A stretch of 64,000 nt of DNA. Source: an uncultured Candidatus Rokubacteria bacterium. GTDB taxonomy: Bacteria; Methylomirabilota; Methylomirabilia; Rokubacteriales; DASRDR01. The notes below the pieces were generated by a model. That model saw nothing but the letters and a program-made list of their open reading frames with translations, ran no database searches and was not told the origin of the DNA. Shown piece by piece: positions 9,379-19,695 of the stretch (positions are counted from its first letter, which is position 1; each line of letters begins with the position of its first letter). Where the stretch lies: the NCBI GenBank assembly GCA_963708025.1, contig CAVPSB010000019.1, positions 294,156-358,155 of the forward strand, written 5' to 3'. The translations under genes were made by a program, and so were the position numbers.

Positions 9379-10968
9379 ATGACAAGACAGCCGGTGCTGG
9401 CATTGCTGGCGATTGTCTTGATGGCGGTGAGCGGCGGCCTTCTGGAGCCGGCCTCGACCGGCATGGCCGTGATCCATGTCAGCGCGTCGAGTCCTCGGGC
9501 GTCCGATTCGAACCCCGGAACCAACGATCTCGCGCTGCGCACGATCTCAGCCGCCCTGAAGCGTGCGACCGAACTCAACCGGCGAGGCGTTGCATCGAGA
9601 GTCCTGGTCAACTCGGCGTGTATCGCGAGAGTATCTGGCTTTCGGCTGATAGCCAGTCGACAGACGCCCCGATCTACCTCGAAGGGGAGCCAGGTGAGCG
9701 ACCCATCGTGTCGGGGGCCGATCTCTGGGGCGACTGGACGCCGGACGGTCAGAGGCTCGATATACAGGCATTCCTGGCCCTCACAAATGGGGACTCGTTC
9801 CTACCCAAAGAACTGGGAAGGGTGCGTCACGCTCGAACCGATCGTCCGCAGGCGCGAGATGATCATGTCAGACGGTCGGGCTCTGCATCAGGTCACGTCG
9901 TTCGCGAGAGATGAAGGCGGGAACGTTCTTCGTTTCGGAGGACGAAGAGGTTGTGTACATCTGGCGAAGCAGCGGGACCGCCATCGCGAGTGCCAACATC
10001 GAGGTCGGGATCAGATCGGGTCTCTTGATTCTGGACGGGCGGAAGAATGTGACCGTTCGCCACTTTGTGTTCAGAAACGACACGAGCGGGGTTCAGAGTG
10101 CCGCAGTGCGAATCATCAGATCGACCAACGTGGTGTTCGAAGACAACGTCGTGGTCTGGAACAACTGGGGAGGTGCCCATGTGTTCCGGACCGAGGGTGC
10201 GCATTGCGACGGAACGTCTTCAACCACAACGGAGGCGTGGGGTTTGGCGCATTTCAGGTCAAGGGGTTCATCTCGGAAGATGACGAGACATCTTTCAACA
10301 ACTGGCGTGGAGCGAGTGGTGGGTTTCTAGGCTGGGCCGTGGCCGGTGGCAAGTTCGTGAGCGTTCACAACGCCGTGTTTCGTCGGGTGAGAAGTGTGGG
10401 CAATACGGCCCGAGGTATCTGGCTCGACGGAGACAACATCGACGTCTCCGTCGAGGCGTCGGTATTGTGTGGAAATCGAGGTGACGGTGTCTTTTTCGAA
10501 AACATTCCCGGCCCGGTCGCGATGCGCGACTCCGTTGTCTGCAGCAACGAAGGCTATGGGCTGGTAGCTGGCAACGCTGAGAACGTCAGGGTGGAGCGCA
10601 ACCAGATCTACGGGAACCGAGCCGGCCAGATCGTTGTGTCGGGTCGGAGCGGGGGCCGAGTGAGCCTCAACTGGGAGACTCGCGAGAGTGTGTCCACGAG
10701 CCCGGCGAAGGGCTTTGTCCTGCGTGAGAACGTCATAGCCGGATCGCGTGGCGATGGGGTGCTGTTCCGGACGACTCTGGCCGGGCAGGACTGGCGTGTG
10801 TTCATTGCCACGCTGGATTCGGACCGCAACCTCTGGTTCAACGGAGAGACGACGCAGTCGTTTGGTCTGGCGAGGGGTGGTGTGTTGACGCTGGACGGGT
10901 GGCGTGGGTCCACGGGGCAGGACCGGCAGTCGCGCTACGGAGAAGTGCGCCAACTGGCACCGCCGTAA
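9379..10968 (+). pseudogene. Secreted right-handed parallel beta-helix protein (polysaccharide lyase/hydrolase-like), frameshifted
   Basis: Signal peptide, SDSNPGT..LRTISAA (DUF1565-like start), YRESI..GEPGERPIVSGAD in another frame, N/G-rich beta-helix repeats (GIWLDGDN, GVFFEN). Confidence 0.7.
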
Positions 10969-11058
10969 GGTGCGAAGCAAGCGTACCAACTCGTCGTGAG
11001 GCGAGGGTCCGGACGAGAAGGGGCTTCGCGCGAAAGGGTGCGGCTCAGGGGGGAGCGA

Positions 11059-11902
11059 ATGGGACTCGAGGGTGACAGTGGACGGCAGAGGGCAGGCGGA
11101 TCCCCTTCGCGCTTCGTGGTGGGCATCCGAGTGGACGGGACCAGCTATCGCGATGTGGTGCAGCGCGTCCTTTACTGGGCTGTGAATGGTGAGAGCCGGT
11201 ACGTCTGTGTGGCGAACGTCCACGTAGTGATGGAGGCGCGCGACCGTGAGGACGTCCGGGAAGCGGTGAATGGCGCCGACCTGGTCACCCCTGACGGGAT
11301 GCCTTTGGTCTGGCTACTCAGACATCGGGATCTGGCCGGGCAGACTCGGGTGTACGGACCGAACCTCACCGTGCAGTTGTGCGAAGCTGCGGCGGGGTCC
11401 GGTGTTCCCGTCGGCTTCTATGGCGGACGGCCCGATGCGGTAGCGCGTCTCATCGAGCGCTTGACAACAGACTTTCCGGATCTACGGGTGACGTATGCTG
11501 CAAGCCCGCCATTCAGGGAACTGAGCGTGGATGAGGACGAGCAGGTGACGGCGGCCATCAATGCCTCCAAGGCCAGAGTCCTGTTCGTTGGCCTTGGCTG
11601 TCCCAAGCAGGAACGCTGGATGGCAGCGCATCGTGGTCGCATCCGGTCAGTAATGTTGGGTGTCGGAGCGGCGTTCGACTTTGTATCGGGGGTGAAGGCA
11701 CAGGCTCCGATCTGGATGCAGAGTGCCGGACTCGAGTGGCTGTTTCGCCTGGCTACGGAACCCCGGCGGCTGTGTTGAACGCTATGCGATCGGAAACACG
11801 CGGTTTCTGTTCCACGTGGCGCTCGAAGAGTGCCGCAGCGCGGCCGAGGTCTGGAGCAGACGAACTGGGAGCACGGAGGGTCGGAGCACGAGGAACCACT
11901 AG
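11059..11902 (+). CDS. WecB/TagA/CpsF family glycosyltransferase (frameshift near 11775)
   Basis: NVHVV, ADLVTPDGMP, RVYGP, FVGLGCPKQE, GVGAAFDF, GLEWLFRLATEPRRL; C-terminus RYAIGNTRF continues in another frame. Confidence 0.88.
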
Positions 11903-12182
11903 GCATTCTGAAGTGGCGGACGGGCAACGGACGAATCGCATGACTGCGCCGGAGCGTGGGGTCGTTCGCCACGCGGATCCGGAATCTCCCCAGCCGGTTG
12001 TCAGCAAGGAGTTCGTCCGGCTCGCCCGCGAGGCGGGTGGTGCTGACGACCCCTTCAATGAGAGCCAGCTCATCGTCAATGGATCGGGGCGCCCCGGCCT
12101 GTGTCTCGAGGCGAACGTGGACCACTCGAGACGATGAGCTTCAAGGATCCATCGGCTGGCCGCCGAGAAAGGCGAACTATCG

Positions 12183-12554
12183 GTGAACCTCTTGTTCGTG
12201 TGCACTGGTAACCAGGCGCGGAGCCCGATGGCGGAGACGATCTTCCGGGAGCTGGCCGGCGGCGACGGACGGCACGAGGCGCGCTCGGCAGGGCTGGGGC
12301 CCCGGGCGCGCCGGCGGGTCACTGCCCGGGAGCTGGCGTGGGCCGACGTGGTGGCGGTGATGGAGGCCGGGCACGCGGCCGAGATCGAGCGTCAGTGGCC
12401 GGCCCACATCGCGAAGCTGTGGGTCCTCGACGTCCCGGACGACTACGATCCCGAGGAGCCCGAGCTGCGGGCGCTCCTGACCACGAAGGTCCGAGCGCTC
12501 CTCGCCGACCTCCAGCCAGCGCGCTCCCGGCCCCGGGGCCGGCCGGGCGGGTGA
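12183..12554 (+). CDS. Low-molecular-weight protein-tyrosine phosphatase family
   Basis: LFVCTGNQARSPMAE P-loop (CX5RS), RSAG, WADVVAVM, VPDDY. Confidence 0.85.
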   Translation: MNLLFVCTGNQARSPMAETIFRELAGGDGRHEARSAGLGPRARRRVTARELAWADVVAVMEAGHAAEIERQWPAHIAKLWVLDVPDDYDPEEPELRALLTTKVRALLADLQPARSRPRGRPGG

Positions 12555-12618
12555 GGGGCCCGGCCCCCCGTCGAAATTTCTTTGGGGCGGGACCACTACC
12601 CCTGCTAGTGTACGGCTC

Positions 12619-13047
12619 ATGAACAACAAGATGCTGTGCGCAACGGTCCTCGGGGTACTCGTGTTCGCCACCGGCTGTGCCACGATCTCGATGCCCCCGC
12701 TCAAGAGCGAGTTCGGGGACATCCCGGTCATCGAGGGGCTGACCTACCGCCCGGACAGCTCCACCATCATCGAGACGCAGACCATGCGGGCGGCGCGGCT
12801 GCTGTACCGGGGGCGGATGGAGCCCGCCAGCGTCGCCGTCGAGACGCAGAAGGGGCTCGAGTCGAGCGGCTGGCGGATGATCCGCAACAGCTCGGCGGCC
12901 CGGGACGGCATCGTCCAGCTTTACGAGAAGGGCGACGCCTCGCTGCAGGTTCGGGTGTGGGAGGGCGGCTGGTTCGACTACTACACCTACCTGGAGGTCT
13001 CCGGAACGCGGCCGACCATGCGGGCGACGGCGGCGACGAAGCGGTAG
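12619..13047 (+). CDS. Hypothetical lipoprotein
   Basis: Signal MNNKMLCATVLGVLVFATGC with lipobox; good codon usage; extended -10 TGcTAGTGT 7 nt upstream. Confidence 0.7.
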   Translation: MNNKMLCATVLGVLVFATGCATISMPPLKSEFGDIPVIEGLTYRPDSSTIIETQTMRAARLLYRGRMEPASVAVETQKGLESSGWRMIRNSSAARDGIVQLYEKGDASLQVRVWEGGWFDYYTYLEVSGTRPTMRATAATKR

Positions 13048-13123
13048 ATGCGGCGCTGACCGCCCTGTTCTGACGAGGGCCCGAACGGGCACCTCGGGCG
13101 TCGTGGCCGTCGCGAGCGGCGGT

Positions 13124-13163
13124 CTCGGAGGGGGCCCCTTCGATCGGCGGGCGCCCCCTCCGA
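13124..13163. repeat. Palindromic REP-like hairpin, family A (second copy 34422-34458)
   Basis: TCGGAGGGGGC...CGATCG...GCCCCCTCCGA; near-identical in reverse complement to 34422-34458; both lie just after stop codons. Confidence 0.7.
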
Positions 13164-13169
13164 GGAGTT

Positions 13170-13370
13170 CTAGACGGGGTCGAGGCCCTTCCTGTAGCTG
13201 AGCACCCAGTATCTCCCGTCACGCTCCTCGCAGACTGCCGACACGAGATTCGCCTCCACCAGCTCGGTCATCGGGATGTGCTCGGGCACCCATACTTCCT
13301 GCCGGCCGATGCCGATGACCCGGCGCGCGGGGTCGATTCGTCCGATCCGTCCAGCCAGGATGCTGACCAT
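13170..13370 (-). CDS. Small hypothetical beta-rich (OB-fold-like) protein
   Basis: SD GGGAGGG before ATG; MVSILAGRIGRIDPARRVI...VCEERDGRYWVLSY. Confidence 0.55.
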   Translation of the reverse strand: MVSILAGRIGRIDPARRVIGIGRQEVWVPEHIPMTELVEANLVSAVCEERDGRYWVLSYRKGLDPV

Positions 13371-13662
13371 GACCCTCCCTGTCCGCCTCGCCACGGCTCA
13401 TGTGAGATCGACTCGGTACGATGGACGAGGCCGCAACGCAGGAGCAGGATGTGTGAGCGGTGACCGCGGAGCTCGAGAAGGCCAGCAGCATCACCCGGAG
13501 TGTCAGGCCGATCGATCCGTGAGTCAAGTGGAACGTTCGAGATCGCGGCGGCCTTCGGCGACGAGCCTCGGCGGTGACGAGCCTCGGCGGCTTGACGCGA
13601 TGTCACGCGGGGCCATACACTCGGCGCACTCGACGCCTCGGGAGGGAGGCTTGGGTTCCACG

Positions 13663-14097
13663 ATGACGCCCCGGATCCGTCGCCTCGTCCTCGGGTCGCT
13701 CCTCGCGCTGCCGCTCGTCGCCGGGCTGCCGCCGGCGGCCGGGCAGCCCTTCGGGGACTCGGTTCGCATCACTTTCGACGTCGGCGCCATCCGGGTGGCG
13801 CTCGACGCCTACCGGCTGGCGCTCGAGGCGAAGGATCTCGATCGGCTGCGGCAGATCCGTCCCGGCCTGAGCACCCGGGAGATCGAGCGCTTCACGCAGG
13901 CGTTCGATCAGATCGACCGCCTGCAGGTCACCCTGACCGTCGACTCCATCGCGACGTCGGGCGACGGGGCGGTGGTGAAGGGCCTGCGCGAGGACCGGTT
14001 CATCCTGAACGACGGGTCGGTCCTCAACAACGCGGAGCCGTTCGTCTACACGCTGAAGGAGACGCCCGACGGCTGGGTACTCATGTCCACCCGGTAG
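13663..14097 (+). CDS. Secreted NTF2/SnoaL-like protein
   Basis: Signal peptide; IRVALDAYRLALEAKD helix and LKETPDGWVL terminal strand; SD GGAGG. Confidence 0.65.
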   Translation: MTPRIRRLVLGSLLALPLVAGLPPAAGQPFGDSVRITFDVGAIRVALDAYRLALEAKDLDRLRQIRPGLSTREIERFTQAFDQIDRLQVTLTVDSIATSGDGAVVKGLREDRFILNDGSVLNNAEPFVYTLKETPDGWVLMSTR

Positions 14098-14256
14098 GAC
14101 GGCGGCCGCCTGGCCGGCCGGCTCCCCTCGGGAGCCGGTGGCATGATCTAGCCCGGACCGGGCGGGATCCAGGGCTCGGGGATGGGCCCCACCAGGCGCC
14201 CCCCTTTGTAGACGGCGGCGACGTCGGCCATCCGCCGGATGTCGGCCAGCGGGTTC

Positions 14257-14916
14257 CTACCCGCCCAGCAGGCGGTTGGCCTCCTCGCGCGAGCCGACGA
14301 CGCGGTTGAGGACGCGGCTCCAGGCGGGGAAGAACTCGCCGTGACGCGCGGCCTTGAGCGCGGCGATCCGCGCGTAGCAGGCCGTCATGGTGAGCCCGTG
14401 CTCGCACCCGAGCAGGTGATGGAGCTCGTGGCGGAGGACCAGGGCAGGGGGCGCGACGAGTTGATCGAGGCTGGCCGCGCGGGCGACGACGTAGCCGTGC
14501 GTCAGGGCCGTGGCTCCGAGCACTTGGGGTAGGAAGAGCCCCCAGAGCACGTCGCCCGGATGACGGCCGAGGAAGGCCATGATCCGGTCGCAGGGGGGGT
14601 GGAGCCGCTCGCGCGCGAGCGCGGTGAGGATGCCGTCCTTGCCGAACGCCGGGCGCTTCCAGTGGACCGTTCGGACGATCCGGAACGTCACCCCGTAGTC
14701 CGGGCCCTCGTCGCGCCACGCGACGTCGAGGAGCGACGCGGCCTCCTCCGCCGTGATCCCCTCGTCCAGGTACGCGCACAGCGACAGCGCCACGGGGGGC
14801 CCGAGGTCCAGGCGCGCGAGCCCGGTGGGATCGTGGGCGCCAAGCGTCGTGCAGCCGCTCGCGAGTGCCACGACCAGCAGGAGCCAGCATCGCGCCGTGC
14901 CCCCTCGGCGCCGCAC
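14257..14916 (-). CDS. Lipoprotein with metzincin-type zinc motif
   Basis: Lipobox LASGC; HELHHLLGCEH matches HExxHxxGxxH. Start uncertain. Confidence 0.65.
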   Translation of the reverse strand: MRRRGGTARCWLLLVVALASGCTTLGAHDPTGLARLDLGPPVALSLCAYLDEGITAEEAASLLDVAWRDEGPDYGVTFRIVRTVHWKRPAFGKDGILTALARERLHPPCDRIMAFLGRHPGDVLWGLFLPQVLGATALTHGYVVARAASLDQLVAPPALVLRHELHHLLGCEHGLTMTACYARIAALKAARHGEFFPAWSRVLNRVVGSREEANRLLGG

Positions 14917-14969
14917 AGCCGCCGGGTGCGGACAATCAGACAATGTGATTCCTGACGCCGTCGTCACGG

Positions 14970-15146
14970 TCACTTCGACGACAACAGGTGGAACACCACC
15001 AGCGTCAGGACCAGCGCGGCGAGGATCGCGCCCGCATTCCACATCGCGATCTCGGTTCGGGTGGGTTCATGCTCCGGGAACGAGGAGATGAGCGGCTCGG
15101 CCGGATCGAGGGAGACCTCCGACTCGGCATTCCGGGCAGAGTGCAT
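14970..15146 (-). CDS. Small single-pass membrane protein
   Basis: SD AGGAG; C-terminal hydrophobic helix AGAILAALVLTLVVFHLL. Confidence 0.45.
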   Translation of the reverse strand: MHSARNAESEVSLDPAEPLISSFPEHEPTRTEIAMWNAGAILAALVLTLVVFHLLSSK

Positions 15147-15712
15147 GGCCGACTCCTGTCGGATTGGAGAGACTCCGGCGGCTGGGGTGGTGGAGGACCA
15201 CGCGGAAGGTTGCTGCCATTGGTTCCGGGGCATCGAGACTCCGTCGGGACGATGAGTCGGGCGGCGCTAGCGTGGGCCCTTGCTAAAGCCCCGTCAAGAT
15301 GAAAGATTTTGCACACCCGAAGGCGGCCGGTCCACGTGAGCACCGCCCCCGGCATCAGGGTCGTGAGGCCGGCTTCCGTGGACGTGAGGCTCGCAGGTAC
15401 TCGCAGCAGGCTGAGTGCACTGCGCGCCGCTGACCACTGCCCGCAGTAGGCCCCGCCGCGCCCGCACGGACGTATGGGAGGCGCCGGACGCACTCGACCA
15501 ACGCCGGTGAGCAAGGCTCGCCGTGCTGCTGGCGGCGAAAAGGCGTTACGAGGGTTCATGACGCCAGTCGCGCAGCGAAAGGGGGGCTCAGCTCGGCCCG
15601 CAAGTCCGACCCGGTTTCGAGGTCGAAGGATTCCGGTGCTGGCCTGGGGTTCACCGGAGTCTCGTGCGCGGCGCAGAGGCGGTGCCACCCAGCCGGGGCG
15701 GCTGCCAGCCGA

Positions 15713-16057
15713 TCAGTGACGCTCGGACGGTCGCCCCGAGGCCGTCTCCCCCGATGGTGTCCGCTCCCACCACCAGGCGAAGACGAGCGCCTGGAGCAGC
15801 GAGAGCCCGAGGAGGACCAGGTCGTTGGCGAGATAGAGGGAGACGAAGCCCCGGGTGAGCCGGCGCGCGGCCAGGATCGCGAGCATCGCCAGGACGAGGT
15901 TCGCGGCGAAGAAGACGAGCGTCAGGCCGACGCACTCGAGCATCCGGCCGGCCGCCACCCGGAGCCCGCGGCGGGGCAGCCCGAGCCCGCGGGCGCCGAC
16001 CAGGAACGCCACGATGGACGTGCAGGCGACCAGGCCGAGGATGAAGGCGCCGCGCAT
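15713..16057 (-). CDS. Hypothetical membrane protein (3 TM)
   Basis: Hydrophobic helices; co-oriented directly downstream of the YdcF-family gene. Confidence 0.6.
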   Translation of the reverse strand: MRGAFILGLVACTSIVAFLVGARGLGLPRRGLRVAAGRMLECVGLTLVFFAANLVLAMLAILAARRLTRGFVSLYLANDLVLLGLSLLQALVFAWWWERTPSGETASGRPSERH

Positions 16058-16070
16058 GCGCAGTCGGGCG

Positions 16071-16709
16071 TTACGCGAAGCCCACGATCCGGTGGAGGAG
16101 ACGGGCGGCCAGCTCGGCCAGGACCCGCCGCGTGAGGTCCAGCCGGCCCTCGGGGCGCGCGGCCGCGGCGAGGCTGTCGGCGAGGGCCGGGAGGACCTCG
16201 AAGCCGGCCCGCTCGAAGAGCCGCCTCGCCCGGACGAGGTGCTGGGAGTCCGTCACCAGCTGGATGCGCCGGGTGCCGCGGGGGGCGAGGAGGGCCTGGA
16301 CGTGGGCCGCTTCCTCCGCGGTGGTCCAGGCCGTCGCCGTGAGCACCGCCGCCGGCGGGATGCCAGCTCGGCGGCGAGGGCCGCCCGCACGGCCGGCTCG
16401 GCGGGCCGATCGGAGCGGGCAGGCGGCCCCGAGAAGACGGGAAGCGGCGCCAGCTGCCGGCGGTAGAGCCGGAGGCCGTGGATGGCCGAGCGGAGCGAGG
16501 GGGCTGACCAGGGATCTGTCCACCGCGACGTCGGCGCCCAGGATGACGATCGCCTCGGCCGGTGCCAGCCGGGCCGGGATGTCGATCGATCGGGCCAGGA
16601 CGACGGGCAGGGGCGTGAAGGCGGCCGCGGCGAGGCACGCCAGCCCGAGGAGGCCGAGGCCGCGGCAGAACCGCCTCACTCGCGCCGCCGGGACCGTCCT
16701 GCTCCGCAC
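16071..16709 (-). CDS. YdcF/DUF218 family protein (internal compensating frameshifts likely)
   Basis: EAIVILG, TTAEEA, LVTDSQHLVRARRLF motifs; garbled middle segment. Confidence 0.75.
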   Translation of the reverse strand: MRSRTVPAARVRRFCRGLGLLGLACLAAAAFTPLPVVLARSIDIPARLAPAEAIVILGADVAVDRSLVSPLAPLGHPRPPALPPAAGAASRLLGAACPLRSARRAGRAGGPRRRAGIPPAAVLTATAWTTAEEAAHVQALLAPRGTRRIQLVTDSQHLVRARRLFERAGFEVLPALADSLAAAARPEGRLDLTRRVLAELAARLLHRIVGFA

Positions 16710-16896
16710 GGCTTCGTAGCATAGGAGACGGGCCCGGCGTGGCGAAGCGAAATCTGCGGGGCCCGGTCGGACCGGCGATTCAGTTAATTAGGAGTCGGTC
16801 GGAGTAAGCCGTGTCGCGTTCGGAGCGACGTGAGCGCCCGAGCGGCGGCATTGTCGCCGCAACCGAACGGGGGGTATCGGGGGGTCTTCCGAGACC

Positions 16897-18183
16897 CTAG
16901 CCCCAGGAGGGGCGGGGATCGGTCGTCAGGAGCCGGAAGATCGAGTCACGCCCGGCGTCCCCGTGCTGGCTCATCGAGACCAGCCGGCCCTCGGGGATGG
17001 ACAGCCAGGCGTCCACGACGGCCGGGTCGAACTGGCCACCGGCGCCGTCGCGGATCTCCTGGCGCGCCGTCTCGAAGGCGAGGGCACGGCGGTACGGGCG
17101 ATCCGACGTCATCGCGTCGAAGGCGTCGGCGACCGCCACCACCCGGGCCGGCAAGGGAATGTCGGCGCCCGTCAGCCCGTCCGGGTAGCCGCTGCCGTCG
17201 AAGCGCTCGTGGTGACCCTTGACCGCGTCCGATTCGAGGGCCAGGAAGCCGTACGGCTCGAGCAGGGCCGCCGCCGCCACCGGGTGGTGCTTGATGTGCG
17301 TGTACTCGTCCTCGGTGAGCGGGCCCGGCTTGAGGAGGATGCAGTCGGGCGTCGCGAGCTTCCCGAGGTCGTGGAGCAGGCCCGAGCGCCGCGCCACGCA
17401 CACCTCGGCCGTGGAGAAGCCCATCACCCGCGCGATCTCCTCGGCATACAGGGCGACCCGCATGGAGTGGCCCTGCAGGTAGCCGTTCCGGGAGGCCAGG
17501 GCGCTGACGAACGCGGACATCACCTGGGCGCTCTGCCGCTCCACGCTCTCCTGGAGACGGATGCGCTCGATCACCAGCGCGGTCGTCTGAGCGTAGCCGA
17601 GCAGCAGCTCCTTCTCGCGACGGAGGAACGGGTGCCCGTGAGGATCCCGGCCGATGCAGAGGATCACCTGGGCCTGCCCGCGCTCGGGGACCACGGCACC
17701 CAGGACCCCGAGCCCGCGCTCTTCCCCGATCCAGGTCAGCGGCTCCTCGGTTCCGGCCCCGACCATCGCCTGGATGTGGGTTGCGAGCCGGCGCGTCAGG
17801 GTCGGCGAGCCGGCCTGCCGGCGGACCAGGTCCCCGGTGGCGCCCCGGGTGACGAACAGGGCGGCTTCGGCGTCGAGGCTGGTGACGACGGAGTCGAGGA
17901 CGGCGGCGGAGAACGCGCGCCGGTCGGCGGCCTTCAGGCTCAGCTCTCCGATCCGCAGCAGGCCCTGGATCCCGAGAGCCCGTGAGGCGCGCTCGGGGCC
18001 GGAGGTGGTGCGGGTGACGGCGGTGGCGGCGGGCGCTCTCCGCGCGGCACCGTTCACGGGGCCGAGCACCGCTCTCATAGGCGGGTCCGCATGTGGGACG
18101 GCCTCCTCCCGGCCAGGCTCCCGAGGGCCTTCGCGCTTCACCGGCCCGGCGCCGGCTTCGCGCGCAACGCTGGGGCAACGCAA
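16897..18183 (-). CDS. GAF + HD-GYP c-di-GMP phosphodiesterase-like protein
   Basis: GHSMRVA, LLHDLGK, HHERFDGSGYPDGL, AVADAFDAMTSDRPYR. Start uncertain. Confidence 0.88.
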   Translation of the reverse strand: MRCPSVAREAGAGPVKREGPREPGREEAVPHADPPMRAVLGPVNGAARRAPAATAVTRTTSGPERASRALGIQGLLRIGELSLKAADRRAFSAAVLDSVVTSLDAEAALFVTRGATGDLVRRQAGSPTLTRRLATHIQAMVGAGTEEPLTWIGEERGLGVLGAVVPERGQAQVILCIGRDPHGHPFLRREKELLLGYAQTTALVIERIRLQESVERQSAQVMSAFVSALASRNGYLQGHSMRVALYAEEIARVMGFSTAEVCVARRSGLLHDLGKLATPDCILLKPGPLTEDEYTHIKHHPVAAAALLEPYGFLALESDAVKGHHERFDGSGYPDGLTGADIPLPARVVAVADAFDAMTSDRPYRRALAFETARQEIRDGAGGQFDPAVVDAWLSIPEGRLVSMSQHGDAGRDSIFRLLTTDPRPSWG

Positions 18184-18962
18184 TTCGCGTGCCCCCCGCC
18201 ACGGCCGAGGTCACTTTCATTGAAATCACCAGGTTAGGAGGTGGACCCCGTAACGGGCGCGTCCCGGGTGGGAGGGCCTGGTTCGGACGCGGCCGGCGGG
18301 GAGCGGCCCGAGCGGTCCGTTTCTGGGCAGTGCGGCGGTCGCAGGAGCGCGTGCGGGAATCGGTCGCCTGCGATTTGCCGTGCTCCGCCTATCCCAAGAC
18401 TGCGACCGCGGCCCGGCAGCGGAGGACCGTGTAGGCGTCCGGGAGCCTGGGCCAGCCCGACCGTTCATCGACCGTCTCGGTCGGACAGACCTCGACCGGC
18501 AACGCTGTGATCCTCGTCTCTCAGGAGTAACTCGAGCGCCAGTGGACCAACCACGAGCACCGCAGCGCCCAGGCCAGGGCGCTCGAGGAACGCGGCGGCG
18601 AGTACATCCTCCCCGTCAAGGGTGGACAACGCTGCGTTACCCGGAATGCCACCGACCCTCGGCTACGTTCTCGGCACCGGGGAAATCGCCCAGCTCCTCG
18701 TGAAGAAACGCCAAGTATCCTAGATCGGTCTAATCCATGCGGCCCCTCACGCCGTCGATCGCCAACCGTAGTTGTTAAACGACAGACCGGGGCTCTTGCG
18801 GGTGGGGCGACGCTCCGCCCAGGGCACGCTAGATTCCGAACACCCCGGGGACGCACTGCCGCGGTGACGCCAGGCGCCGGCCGGAGGAGCGGGAGGAGCC
18901 GAAAGGTGCTTGGGACGGCCTAGGTTCGCCGCCGCAAGGCGCCCTGTCCGATCGGGCCGCTC

Positions 18963-19319
18963 TTACCCCACCGGCACCAGGACTCGCACTTCGCGGCGCA
19001 GTCGGTCGCCGAGCCGGTCCTTCTCGATCTCGAGATCGTAGCGGGCCTGGAGGTTCAACCAGAAGCGCTCCGAAGTCCCGAAGTGGCGCGCCAACCGCAG
19101 CGCCGTATCCGCCGTCACCGCGCGCTTGCCGTGAACGATCTCGTTGATGCGCCGGGGCGGAACTGTCAGCGCCTTCGCCAGTCGGTACTGGCTGATCCCA
19201 AGCGGCCGCAGGAACTCTTCCTGCAGGATCTCCCCCGGCGACACGGGTGATGGTTTGCGCCCTCGTCCCTGCGCCGATGGCCTAGTGATAGTCGACGATC
19301 TCGACATCCTGCGCGTCAC
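18963..19319 (-). CDS. higA: HigA/VapI antitoxin (HTH)
   Basis: PGEILQEEFL..LGISQYRLAK..RINEIVHGKRAVTADTALRL..FGTSERFWLNLQ. True start may be nearer 19278. Confidence 0.92.
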   Translation of the reverse strand: MTRRMSRSSTITRPSAQGRGRKPSPVSPGEILQEEFLRPLGISQYRLAKALTVPPRRINEIVHGKRAVTADTALRLARHFGTSERFWLNLQARYDLEIEKDRLGDRLRREVRVLVPVG

Positions 19320-19563
19320 CTTCCTTCCAGCGAAAGCACACCCGCCACTGATCGTTGATGCGAATGCTGTGTTGTCCGGCCCGATTCCCGGTCAGCTTCT
19401 CGAGACGGTTCCCGGGTGGCACCCGGAGATCCTCGATCGATTCCGCGGCGTCGAGGAGCACCAACTTGCGCAGTGCGACTCGCCGCACGTCCGGAGGGAG
19501 CTTCCGGACCGGTTCGCGTCGGAACAGCCGCTCCGTCTCGCGGTCCCGGAAGCTCCGGATCAT
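19282..19563 (-). CDS. higB: HigB toxin (RelE/ParE, killer protein family)
   Basis: MIRSFRDRET, LRVPPGNRLEKL, HSIRINDQWRVCFRW, VEIVDYH. Confidence 0.95.
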   Translation of the reverse strand: MIRSFRDRETERLFRREPVRKLPPDVRRVALRKLVLLDAAESIEDLRVPPGNRLEKLTGNRAGQHSIRINDQWRVCFRWKEGDAQDVEIVDYH

Positions 19564-19572
19564 CTATGAGCA

Positions 19573-19609
19573 AGCTTAACGCGTTGCGATCATAACGACA
19601 AGCGTTATG
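19573..19609 (-). promoter_or_regulatory. higBA sigma70 promoter with overlapping inverted-repeat operator
   Basis: Minus strand TTGTCG-N17-TAAGCT, 9 nt before ATG; palindrome CATAACG-N5-CGTTATG (19591-19609) covers the -35. Confidence 0.75.
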
Positions 19610-19695
19610 GTCTGGAGTGACCACGTGGCCGCCTTGGTCTCTGAGGATCCGCTTGGGGAACCCCTGCGTGGCTCGGGCCTCGGCTGGTGGCATTC

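Noticed and set aside
13560-13590. Tandem GACGAGCCTCGGCGG repeat
   Set aside because: Only two copies and no supporting context.
15530-15665. Structured-looking intergenic stretch considered as SRP RNA or a cyclic-dinucleotide riboswitch
   Set aside because: Lacks the SRP GGAAGG/AGCAG core and the riboswitch consensus by eye; an Rfam scan would be needed.
18470-18950. Lower-GC intergenic stretch beside higBA, possible mobile-element scar
   Set aside because: No terminal repeats, recognisable ORF or RNA motif found.
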